This document shows, one piece after another, positions 18,453 through 27,021 of a DNA stretch of 64,000 bases. Source of the stretch: Betaproteobacteria bacterium (GTDB lineage Bacteria > Pseudomonadota > Gammaproteobacteria > Burkholderiales > Usitatibacteraceae); NCBI GenBank assembly GCA_016720855.1, contig JADKJU010000005.1, forward strand, positions 249,636 to 313,635, written 5' to 3'. The notes under the pieces are model-generated. The model did no database searches. It saw only the letters and a program-made list of their open reading frames with translations, and was not told the origin of the DNA. How positions within the stretch are numbered: the first letter of the stretch is position 1; every line of letters begins with the position of its first letter. The translations under genes and the position numbers were made by a program.

Positions 18453-20108
18453 TCAGGTGGAGACGGCGAGTGCGCCGGGTGCGTCGGGAAGGTTGGCATA
18501 GCCGCGGGTCGCGGCGTCGATGAGCAGGCGCGTGTAGGCGTCGGCGGGCCGGCGGAACACCGCCTGCGTGTCGCCCGCCTCGCGGATCGTGCCGTCGCGC
18601 AGGACCACGACGCGGGCGGCGACCTGCGCGATCACGCCGAGATCGTGGCTGATGAACAGGCAGGCAGTCCCGGATTTCTGCTGGAGCGCCTTGAGCAGGG
18701 AAAGGACCTGGGCCTGCACGGAAACGTCGAGGGCCGACGTGATCTCGTCGCAGATGATGAGGTCGGGCGTGGCGGCGAACGCGCGCGCGATGGCAACCCG
18801 CTGCTGCTGGCCGCCGGAGAGCTGCCGCGGATAGCAGTCCAGGAAGGAGGGGTCGAGCTGCAGCTGCTCGAGGAGCTCGACCGACCTCCGCCGCGCCTGC
18901 TCCCCGGCAAGGCCATGGAAGAGCGCCAGCGGCCGCGCGAGGATCGCCTCGATGCGGTGGCGGGGATTGAGCGAGGACAACGGGTCCTGGAAAATGATCT
19001 GGATGCGCCGGCGCATCCCGACGCTGCGCTCGCCGGCGAGGGCGGGCAGGTCCCGGCCATCGAACCGTACCGATCCCGAGTCAGGCGCGAGCAGGCCAGC
19101 GATGACGGCGGCCGCGGTGCTCTTGCCGCTTCCCGACTCCCCCACCAGCCCGAGCGTCTCTCCCGGGGCGATCTCGAAAGAGACATCCGACAGTGCGGGC
19201 CTCGCGCCGGCCGCGGCCTTGCCAAAGGGCCAGCGCCGTCGCACCCCGTAGCTGTAGCCGAGGCCGGAAACGCGCAGGAGCGCCTCTGCCGGGGACGCCG
19301 CCGCGGTGACGGCCGGTGCCCGGTCGATGCGGGGCACCGCGGCGATGAGTCGGCGCGTGTATTCGTGGGCCGGGTTGCGGTAGACCTGCCCGGTCGGCCC
19401 ATCCTCGACCACGCGGCCCTCGAGCATCACGAGTACGCGGTCGCACATCTCCGAGATCACGTTGAGATCGTGGCTCACGTACACCAGCGTGGCGCCGAAG
19501 CGCTCGCGCAGCCGCTGCACGAGCTCGAGCACCTGGATTTCCGTGGTCTTGTCGAGCGCGGTGGTGGGTTCGTCGAGGACGACCAGGCGCGCGTTGCCGG
19601 CGAGCGCCGCGGAGATGACGACGCGCTGCCGCTGGCCGCCGGAGAGCTCGTGCGGGAAGCGGTCGTAGAGGGTTTGCGGATCGGGCAGGTTGACGGCGAC
19701 GAACAGCTCCAGCGTCGCCTCGCGCGCCTCGCGCGCACCGCAGGCGCGGTGCAGGCGTACGGCCTCGGCGACCTGGCTGCCCACGCGAAGATGCGGCGTG
19801 AGCGAGCTCAGCGGATTCTGCGGAACGAAGGCCACGCGCCCGCCGCGCAACCGGGCGATGCCGGCGCGGTCGAGCTTCCGGATGTCCTTGCCTTCGAGGA
19901 GGATCTCGCCCGACGTGATGACGCCGCCGGGCCGGCAGTAGCCGAGGAGCGCGCGCGCGAGAGTCGATTTCCCCGAGCCGCTCTCGCCGACGATGCCGAG
20001 GCTTTCCCCTTCGTCCAGGGAGAAGGCCACGTCGATCACGGCCGCGCCGAGGGCGCCGTCGGGCCGTCGGTAGCTCAGGTTCAGCCCGCGCACGTCGAGG
20101 AAGCTCAC
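18453..20108 (-). CDS. ABC transporter ATP-binding protein with duplicated ATPase domains (DppD/DppF-type fusion)
   Basis: Two Walker A motifs (GESGSGKST twice) and two signatures (LSGGQRQR, LSGGQQQR). I propose a GTG start at 20108, which overlaps the stop of the upstream permease (GTGA). Confidence 0.85.
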   Translation of the reverse strand: MSFLDVRGLNLSYRRPDGALGAAVIDVAFSLDEGESLGIVGESGSGKSTLARALLGYCRPGGVITSGEILLEGKDIRKLDRAGIARLRGGRVAFVPQNPLSSLTPHLRVGSQVAEAVRLHRACGAREAREATLELFVAVNLPDPQTLYDRFPHELSGGQRQRVVISAALAGNARLVVLDEPTTALDKTTEIQVLELVQRLRERFGATLVYVSHDLNVISEMCDRVLVMLEGRVVEDGPTGQVYRNPAHEYTRRLIAAVPRIDRAPAVTAAASPAEALLRVSGLGYSYGVRRRWPFGKAAAGARPALSDVSFEIAPGETLGLVGESGSGKSTAAAVIAGLLAPDSGSVRFDGRDLPALAGERSVGMRRRIQIIFQDPLSSLNPRHRIEAILARPLALFHGLAGEQARRRSVELLEQLQLDPSFLDCYPRQLSGGQQQRVAIARAFAATPDLIICDEITSALDVSVQAQVLSLLKALQQKSGTACLFISHDLGVIAQVAARVVVLRDGTIREAGDTQAVFRRPADAYTRLLIDAATRGYANLPDAPGALAVST

Positions 20109-20998
20109 GTGCCCCCCACGTGGCCGCGCGCCGCATCCATGCCGAGCGCGCCTGCGAGCGCTTCCGCGCCGAAGTTGAGGCCGATGACCAGCGTGCTGAT
20201 GAAGACCGCCGGGAAGAGCACGAGCCACGGCGCGAAGGAGAGCTGGCCGACTCCTTCAGACACCATGAGGCCCCAGTCGGGGGTCGGCGGCGAGAGCCCC
20301 AGCCCGAGGTAGGACATCGTCGAGAGCAGCAGCACCGCGTGCGACATGCGGATCGCGAACTCGACGTACACCACGTCGAGCGTGTTGGGCAGGATCTCGC
20401 GGACGATGATCGAGGCGGCGCTCTCCCCGCGCAGCTGCGCGGCCTTCACGTACCCCAGGTTCACCTGGGTCAGGGCCTGCGCGCGCACGATGCGGACCAC
20501 GCCCGGGAAGTAGACCAGCCCGATGAGGCCCACCAGCACGCCCAGCGACTCCCCGAACCCGGTGATGAAGAGCGAGACGAAGAGGATTCCCGGGAGTGCC
20601 AGCTTGATGTCGCACAGGCGCATGAGGACGTCGTCGAGGACGCCACCGGACCACGCGGCAGCCACCCCCAGCAGGCTTCCCAGCACCACCGCGACCACCA
20701 CGCCCGTGAACGTGACGAGCAGCGCCATGCGCCCGCCGTGCAGCAGGCGGGAGAGATAGTCGCGGCCCAGCGCGTCCGTGCCGAGCAGGAACTCGCCGCC
20801 GGGCAACTCGACCCGTCCACCCACGAGCTCGGTGGGGTCGAAGGGCGCGATCCACGGGGAGAACAGCGCGAGAATGAGGTGGATCGCGACGAGCGAGAGG
20901 CCGAGAATCGCGGCGGGCCTGCGCAGTGCGAAGGTATCGATCCTCACGGCGCGATCACCGGCTGCGCGCGCGCGGATCGAGCGCCATGACGGCGGCAT
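20105..20998 (-). CDS. ABC transporter permease (DppC/OppC-like)
   Basis: 297-aa membrane ORF. The start is uncertain (ATG 20998 or GTG 20947), and either overlaps the upstream permease gene. Confidence 0.8.
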   Translation of the reverse strand: MPPSWRSIRARAAGDRAVRIDTFALRRPAAILGLSLVAIHLILALFSPWIAPFDPTELVGGRVELPGGEFLLGTDALGRDYLSRLLHGGRMALLVTFTGVVVAVVLGSLLGVAAAWSGGVLDDVLMRLCDIKLALPGILFVSLFITGFGESLGVLVGLIGLVYFPGVVRIVRAQALTQVNLGYVKAAQLRGESAASIIVREILPNTLDVVYVEFAIRMSHAVLLLSTMSYLGLGLSPPTPDWGLMVSEGVGQLSFAPWLVLFPAVFISTLVIGLNFGAEALAGALGMDAARGHVGGT

Positions 20999-21911
20999 CC
21001 GCGAGCAGGTTCATGGTGACCACGATCACCGCGGCGATGAGGCTGATCGCCTGCACGACCGCCACCTCGCGCTTCTCGACGGCGTTGATGAGGACGAGAC
21101 CCAGGCCGGGGTAGCCGAAGACCTTTTCCACGACGATGATGCCGCTGAGCAGGCCCGCCACATAGAGCGCGGCCGAGTTGAGCGCGGGGATGACGGAAGC
21201 CGGAAGCGCGTGGCGCAGCACGATGCGCAGGCGCGAGGCGCCGGCGAGGCGGGCTCGCTCGACGTAGTCGCTGTTGAGCGACTCGATGAACCCGGCGCGC
21301 ACGAGCCGCACCAGGTGCGCGATCGAGCCGATCACCACGGTGAGCACCGGCAGGAACGCAGCCCCGATGAGTGCCGACGGCGGATCGTTCGTGAACGCGG
21401 TGATGACGGCCGGGAAAACCGGGATCCAGATCGCGAAGCAGAGTATGAGGAAGTTGCCGGACGCGAACTCGGGGATCGAGTAACCCAGGATCGCGCCGGA
21501 GGACGCGGCGAAATCCGGCGCTCGCCCGCGCCAGAATGCCGCCGCGATGCCGATGGCGAGGGCGGCCGGGATCGCGACCAGCGCGGTGACCAGCCCCAGC
21601 AGCAGCGAGTTGCGCAGCGGGTAGGCGATCACCTCGGTCACGTTCGCCCTGCCGATGATGGTCGTGCCGAAATTGCCCCCGACGGCGCCGGAGAGCCACT
21701 CGACGTAACGAACGGCGGCCGGCCGGTCCAGGCCGAGCTCCGCGCGCTTTCGCGCGAAGTCGGCCTCGGTCATTTCCGCCGCCTCGTCCGCGGTGAGGCT
21801 AACCTGAAGGGCGTCCCCGGGCAGGATCTCCGTGGACACGAATACCAGCACCGTCACCAGCCAGATCACGAGTAACGACAGCGCGAGCCGCCGCCCGATC
21901 GCCTTCAGCAT
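20955..21911 (-). CDS. ABC transporter permease (DppB/OppB-like)
   Basis: 318 aa with typical N-terminus MLKAIGRRLALSLLVIWLVTVLVF. Confidence 0.85.
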   Translation of the reverse strand: MLKAIGRRLALSLLVIWLVTVLVFVSTEILPGDALQVSLTADEAAEMTEADFARKRAELGLDRPAAVRYVEWLSGAVGGNFGTTIIGRANVTEVIAYPLRNSLLLGLVTALVAIPAALAIGIAAAFWRGRAPDFAASSGAILGYSIPEFASGNFLILCFAIWIPVFPAVITAFTNDPPSALIGAAFLPVLTVVIGSIAHLVRLVRAGFIESLNSDYVERARLAGASRLRIVLRHALPASVIPALNSAALYVAGLLSGIIVVEKVFGYPGLGLVLINAVEKREVAVVQAISLIAAVIVVTMNLLADAAVMALDPRARSR

Positions 21912-21912
21912 C

Positions 21913-23460
21913 TCAGGCCTTCCACACCTCGTCGAAGCGGATCGACCAGAACTGCGAGTGGTTCGCGAGCCCGTGGACGTTCGACTTGTGCAGCAGCATG
22001 TTGCGGCGCCCCACGGGGTGGATGGCCGGAACCTCGTCGGCGAGAATCTGCTGCATGCGCACGTACAGGAACTTGCGCTTCGCCATGTCCGGTTCCGCGA
22101 CCGCCTCCGCGTAGAGCCTCATGTACTCGTCGCAGCCCGGGCCGCTCCAGTAGCCGCTCTCGTTGTTGTCGGGGCGCATGCGGTAGAGGCTCACGCCGGG
22201 ATTGCGCACGCCCGAAGGGCCGTAGGCGAAGCGGTGCTTGCGGGTCTTCGCCTTGTCCTCGACTCGCCAGTCGCGGTAGCCGTCGGAAGGACGCTGCTCG
22301 ATGGGGAGCGTGATGCCGGCGTCCTTCACCGTTTGAGAGACGACCTGGAAGACGCGCGGGATCTCGGGCCACGAGGCCGTGAAGTAGAAGGTGGGCAGCG
22401 TGATGCCGTTGGGATGGCCGGCTTCGGCGAGCAGCCTCTTCGCCTTCGCGACGTCGCGCTTGAAGGTGATCGGGAGGAACTCCGGATTGGCCGGCGTGAG
22501 GTGCGAGTCGTTGCCCACCCAGCCGGTCTTCGCGCCGTAGACGATCCGCATCACCTTCTCGCGGTCGATGGCGAGCGCGAACGCCTGCCGGATGCGCTTG
22601 TCGTTGAAGACCGAACCCTCGTACTTCGGCAGGATCATGAGGGCCTGGTCGCCCGCAAGCGCCGTATTGAGGACCGCGCCGGGAAGGCGCTCGAGCTCGG
22701 GAAGCAGGCCGGGGTCGACGCCGAGCACCGCGTCGAAGAGCCCGCCGCGAAAACCGTTCAGGGCGCTTTCCATGCGCCCCGGCGAACTCGCAATCTCGAG
22801 CCGGTCGACGTAGGGAAACCCCTTTCGCCAGTAGTTGGCGTTGCGTTCCATGACGAGCCGGCGCTTCGGATCGAGGTCGACTATCCGGAAGGGGCCGGTG
22901 CCGATGCCGTCCAGCCCGATCGTCGCGATGGGCGCGGCCGGCATGATCATCAGCTGGTACTCGCCCAAGATGAACGGAAACTCGCTGTTGGGCTTGTCGA
23001 GGTGAATGCGCACCTTGTGCGTTCCGGTCTTCTCCACCTTCCTGATCTGCCGCGCGAAGGAGGTCTTCTCCTGGTGGAAGGCGAAGGAGGAGACCACGTC
23101 GTCGGCGGTCATGTCCCTGCCGTTGTGGAACACCACCCCCTCGCGCAGCTGGATGTCCCAGACCTTGACGTCGGTGCTGGGCGTCCATGACGTGGCGAGC
23201 TCGGGCTCCACCTGCAGCCGGTCGTTCACGTAGGCGAGCCCGTTGAAAGCGCTGCGCGTATTGATGTCGAGCAGGTAATAGGGGTGGCGGCCGTTGTTCG
23301 CGTCCCCCATGCGGTTGTTGGGATAGAGGTTGGTGTAGACGAACTTCCCGCCGGCCCTGGGCTTGGGCTGCGCCAGCGCCTCGGCAGGCCCGAGAATGTC
23401 CTTCAGGCCCAGGCCGGCGAGCGCGGCACCGCCAGCGACGAACAGTTCACGACGATTCAT
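21913..23460 (-). CDS. ABC transporter substrate-binding protein, family 5 (peptide/opine/nickel type), Tat-exported
   Basis: 515 aa with twin-arginine signal MNRRELFVAGGAALAGLG...ALA. Family-5 SBP length and composition. Confidence 0.8.
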   Translation of the reverse strand: MNRRELFVAGGAALAGLGLKDILGPAEALAQPKPRAGGKFVYTNLYPNNRMGDANNGRHPYYLLDINTRSAFNGLAYVNDRLQVEPELATSWTPSTDVKVWDIQLREGVVFHNGRDMTADDVVSSFAFHQEKTSFARQIRKVEKTGTHKVRIHLDKPNSEFPFILGEYQLMIMPAAPIATIGLDGIGTGPFRIVDLDPKRRLVMERNANYWRKGFPYVDRLEIASSPGRMESALNGFRGGLFDAVLGVDPGLLPELERLPGAVLNTALAGDQALMILPKYEGSVFNDKRIRQAFALAIDREKVMRIVYGAKTGWVGNDSHLTPANPEFLPITFKRDVAKAKRLLAEAGHPNGITLPTFYFTASWPEIPRVFQVVSQTVKDAGITLPIEQRPSDGYRDWRVEDKAKTRKHRFAYGPSGVRNPGVSLYRMRPDNNESGYWSGPGCDEYMRLYAEAVAEPDMAKRKFLYVRMQQILADEVPAIHPVGRRNMLLHKSNVHGLANHSQFWSIRFDEVWKA

Positions 23461-23513
23461 GCGTTACTCCTCCAGTGGCCATGTCGCGGCGATATCGATC
23501 CCCGGCCGGCGGC

Positions 23514-23533
23514 GGGGCCCGAATGCGGGCCCC
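23514..23533 (-). terminator. GC-rich hairpin between dctP and the downstream ABC operon (possible terminator)
   Basis: GGGGCCC-gaatgc-GGGCCCC, a 7-bp stem 14 nt after the dctP stop. There is no U-run, so function is uncertain. Confidence 0.3.
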
Positions 23534-23546
23534 CTTTCGCGGCTGT

Positions 23547-24659
23547 TCAGATCTCGGCCGCCCCGGCGATGAGCGTCGAGAGCTTCGCCGTCTGGCTCGT
23601 GTAGGGCACCACGACCGCCGCGAAAGCGCGCTGCGAGTCGAGCACCTTCTTGAAGAACGGGTCCTTGGCCTCGAGGGCTCCCAGCACCTTCTTCGCCGAC
23701 TTGATGAAGGCCGGCGCATAGTCCGGCGGCGCGTCGAAGACCGTGACGCCCTTCTTCTTGATCTCCACGAGCGCCTTGGCGTTCTCGACCTGGAAGTACA
23801 TGATCGAGTCGAAGAGCGAGGTGTTGATCGCGACCTCGACGATCGCCTTCAGGTCCGGCGGGAGCGCCTTCCACTTCGCGCCGTTGATCACGATGTCGGC
23901 GATGTCGATGGCCTGGTGGATGCCCTGGATCGAGTAGAACTTGAAGACGTCCTGCAGGCCCACCTTGATGTCGCTCGCGGGGTTGATCCACTCCACCCCG
24001 TCGATCACGCCGCGCTCGGCCGCGGGGATGAGCTCGGCGCCGGAGAGGTTCACCGGGATGCCGCCCATGTCCTTGAGCACGTCGCTCGGCAGCCCCGAGG
24101 AGATGCGGAAGCGCATCTTCGTGAACTCGGCAACCGTCTTCGGCGGCTTCTTGAACCAGCCGAAGCACTCGGGTCCGTCCGCCGCGTAGAGAAACGCCAT
24201 CACGTCCGTCTTGAGCATCTTCTGGTAGTACTCGAGGTAGAGCTCACGGCCCCCGCCCTGCAGGTACCACGCGAGCTGGCCCATCTGGTCGAGGCCGCTG
24301 CCGGAGCCGCCGAGGGGCGAGCTGAAAAGGCCGCCTGCCGGATGCTTGCCCGTGGCGTAGTGCGTCCACCACTGGCCTGAGTCGATCACGCCCTTGTTCA
24401 CGGCATCGAGGATCTCGTTGGGCTTCACGATGGCGCCGCTCGTGAGGACCTCGATCTGCAGGCGCCCAGCCGACATCTTGTTGATGTTGGCGGAGAACCT
24501 GCCCAGCAGGTCCATGTGCGGCGTGCCCGAGGGATTGGCGCTCTGCAACTTCCACTTGATGGGCTGGCCCTGGGCCTGCGCTGCGGCCGGGATCAACGCC
24601 GCACCGGCCGCGAGGCCCACACCGGCGGTTTTCAGGAACTTTCTGCGTTGCATGGTCAT
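23547..24659 (-). CDS. dctP: TRAP transporter substrate-binding protein (DctP family), Tat signal
   Basis: 370 aa. MTMQRRKFLKTAGVGLAAGAA...AQA. It follows dctQ and dctM on the same strand. Confidence 0.85.
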   Translation of the reverse strand: MTMQRRKFLKTAGVGLAAGAALIPAAAQAQGQPIKWKLQSANPSGTPHMDLLGRFSANINKMSAGRLQIEVLTSGAIVKPNEILDAVNKGVIDSGQWWTHYATGKHPAGGLFSSPLGGSGSGLDQMGQLAWYLQGGGRELYLEYYQKMLKTDVMAFLYAADGPECFGWFKKPPKTVAEFTKMRFRISSGLPSDVLKDMGGIPVNLSGAELIPAAERGVIDGVEWINPASDIKVGLQDVFKFYSIQGIHQAIDIADIVINGAKWKALPPDLKAIVEVAINTSLFDSIMYFQVENAKALVEIKKKGVTVFDAPPDYAPAFIKSAKKVLGALEAKDPFFKKVLDSQRAFAAVVVPYTSQTAKLSTLIAGAAEI

Positions 24660-24686
24660 CTCCTCCTTGCTTGGGGTGGGTGGAGC

Positions 24687-26009
24687 CTACTTCGGACCGA
24701 ACACGAGGTTCGGGACATACAGGATGATCTGCGGGAAGAAGTAGAGGATCAGGACGGCAATCCATTGCAGGGCCATGAACGGCAGCATGCCCTTGTAGAT
24801 GTCCGCCAGATCCCATTGCGGCATGATGCCCTTCAGGTAGTAGGCCGACAACGCGACCGGCGGCGAGAGCCAGCAGGTCTGCAGCGTCACGGCGAGCAGG
24901 ATGCTGAACCACACCATGTCGACATTGAGGGCGGTGAGCAGGGGCAGGAAGATCGGCACGATGATGACGACGATCGGCACCCACTCCAGCGGCCATCCCA
25001 GGATGAAGCACAGCACCAGGATCGACAGGATGAGCAACTCGGGCGAGATATTCCACGCGACCATCACGTTGGCGATGTAGGTCGGCGTGCCGAGCGCGGA
25101 GAAGACGGACCCCAGGAACGTGGAGGCGACGAGCAGGACCATCACCATGCTCGCGGTCTGCGCCGTCCGGAACACCGAGTCCTTGAACACCGCCCACGTG
25201 AGGCAGCGATGGGCCGCCGCGGCCACCAGGGCGCCGATGCAGCCGAGGGCTGCGCCCTCGGTCGGCGTGGCCCAGCCCGAGACGATCGCCCCCAGCGTCG
25301 AGAGGATCAGCAGCGTTGGCGGCATCATGCCCAGCAGCAGCTCGCGGGCGATGTAGCTCTTCGGCACGTCGAGTTCCTTCGCCGAGAGCGGCGGCCCCAG
25401 GCTCGGGTTTCTCCACACACGCACGGCGGTGTAGGTGAAATAGAGCGCCGCGAGGAGGATGCCCGGCAGCAGCGCAGCACCATAGAGCCGGGCGACCGAC
25501 ACGGAGAGCACCGGGCCCATCACGACCAGCATCACGCTCGGGGGGATGAGAATGCCGAGCGTGCCGCCGGCGCAGATCGTCCCCGCGGACAGCCTCACGT
25601 CGTAGCCCGAGCGCATCATCACCGGCGCGGCCATGAGCGCGATGATCGTCACCGAGGCGCCGACGATGCCCGTGGCGGCCGCGAAGAGCGCCGCCGTGAA
25701 GATGGTCGCGAGGTAGAGCGAGCCGTGCACGCGCCCGAAGGCGAGCTGTACCGCGTGGAACAGGCGGTTCATGATTCCCGCGCTCTCCAGGACGTAGCCC
25801 ATGAAGGTGAAGAGCGCGACGGCGGCGAGCACCGTCTCCATCATCGAGTCGATGACCTGGTAGGTCATCAGGTAGAACACGCGATCGCCCAGGCCGATGT
25901 AGCCGAACACCATCCCCAGGAAGACCAGCGTGAAGGAGATCGGGAAGCCGCCGAGGATGACGACGAACATCATCCCCAGCAGAACGAGGCCCAGGACTTC
26001 GTTGCTCAT
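24687..26009 (-). CDS. dctM: TRAP transporter large permease
   Basis: 440 aa polytopic membrane protein with a typical DctM sequence. Confidence 0.9.
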   Translation of the reverse strand: MSNEVLGLVLLGMMFVVILGGFPISFTLVFLGMVFGYIGLGDRVFYLMTYQVIDSMMETVLAAVALFTFMGYVLESAGIMNRLFHAVQLAFGRVHGSLYLATIFTAALFAAATGIVGASVTIIALMAAPVMMRSGYDVRLSAGTICAGGTLGILIPPSVMLVVMGPVLSVSVARLYGAALLPGILLAALYFTYTAVRVWRNPSLGPPLSAKELDVPKSYIARELLLGMMPPTLLILSTLGAIVSGWATPTEGAALGCIGALVAAAAHRCLTWAVFKDSVFRTAQTASMVMVLLVASTFLGSVFSALGTPTYIANVMVAWNISPELLILSILVLCFILGWPLEWVPIVVIIVPIFLPLLTALNVDMVWFSILLAVTLQTCWLSPPVALSAYYLKGIMPQWDLADIYKGMLPFMALQWIAVLILYFFPQIILYVPNLVFGPK

Positions 26010-26039
26010 GCGTGCTCCCCGGGGCGTCCGAAGGCGGGA

Positions 26040-26579
26040 TCAGACGAGTTCACTGGGCGCCCCCTGGTTGCGGTAGTCGACGCCCGTGCGCAGCGTCTTG
26101 AAGCACTTGATCACCTCAGCGACGCCCTGCACCAGAAGCAGGGCGGACGAGAGCGGAATCACCGACTTGTACCAGTAGGCCGGCGGGCGCCAGGTGGTCA
26201 TGAGGGCCTCCTTGAGATCCCAGGACTCGCGGGCGAAGTCGAAACTGACCCAGGTGAACATCGCCATGCCGGGCAGGAAGAAGAGCAGGTACTGCGCGAT
26301 GTCCATGCGCACCTGCGTCTTGAGCGACCAGTCCTTGGAGAAGAAGTCCGTGCGGATGTGCTTCTGCAGGTGCAGCGTGTACGCCGCGGCCAGGAAAAAG
26401 TGCGCGCCGTAGCACATCGTCGCGATGTCGTTCGCCCAGATGGTCGGCGTGAAGAACTTGCGCACCATGACTTCGTAGGCGAGGACGAGGAACATCGGCA
26501 CGATGAGCCAGGAGCTCAGCTTGCCCGCCCCGATGCTCACGCGGTCGATGAAATCGGCGATCTTGTCCAGTGTGTCCAT
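26040..26579 (-). CDS. dctQ: TRAP transporter small permease
   Basis: Only the last 179 codons of track ORF 26040-27008 are coding. ATG is at complement 26577-26579 (MDTLDKIADFIDRVSIGAGKLSSWLIVPMF). Four predicted TM segments. Confidence 0.8.
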   Translation of the reverse strand: MDTLDKIADFIDRVSIGAGKLSSWLIVPMFLVLAYEVMVRKFFTPTIWANDIATMCYGAHFFLAAAYTLHLQKHIRTDFFSKDWSLKTQVRMDIAQYLLFFLPGMAMFTWVSFDFARESWDLKEALMTTWRPPAYWYKSVIPLSSALLLVQGVAEVIKCFKTLRTGVDYRNQGAPSELV

Positions 26580-26656
26580 TGCGGCGGCGTTCCTCCTCGT
26601 TGTTCTTCTTCCGAATCCGGTCCCGTCGCTGCGCAGCGGCGCGCGCGGGTTGCCGC

Positions 26657-26911
26657 CTATCGCGCCTCGGTGAGCCTCCCGGCGCCGATTCCGTACCCCG
26701 TGAGCGTGCGGTCCGCGTGCCGCAGCCGCCATGAGAGCATGCGCCTCGCGTAGCGCAGCGACGCCTCGCGGTGCGCCGGGTCCTCCGCCACGTTCCGCAG
26801 CCGGTGCGGGTCGCACTGCAGGTCGAACGGGAGCGGCTCGAGGCCGGCGAACGCGGGAAGCGGTCGTCGTCCTCGCGACCCGGCCCGGGACACCTGGTTC
26901 CGGAAATTCAT
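26657..26911 (-). pseudogene. 84-codon ORF resembling only the extreme C-terminus of a sulfatase/AP-superfamily enzyme (probable gene remnant)
   Basis: MNFRNQ...LEPLPFDLQCDPHRLRNVAEDPAHREASLRYARRMLSWRL resembles the sulfatase C-terminal motif (L.DL..DP.E..N.A.DP........L...L). It has a strong GGAGGAG Shine-Dalgarno 6 nt before the ATG. It sits in the 440-bp gap between the ALDH gene and dctQ. Confidence 0.4.
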
Positions 26912-27021
26912 TTGGGTTCTCCTCCCGTCGGTGGGGGCGGTCCCGGCAAACGCCGGGCCGCCCCTCATGATGGAGCCGCGGTGCTTCTCCTTCGCGACGG
27001 CCCGGCACGGGCCGCCACGTC

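Noticed and set aside
24516-26753. 745-aa plus-strand ORF antisense to dctM/dctQ, and similar ORFs 18645-20312, 40603-42084, 41904-44156, 50177-51358, 52166-53797 and 55573-57558
   Set aside because: Their products are dominated by R/G/H/D/E repeats. Each is antisense to a gene with clear family motifs, and there are no independent start or Shine-Dalgarno signals.
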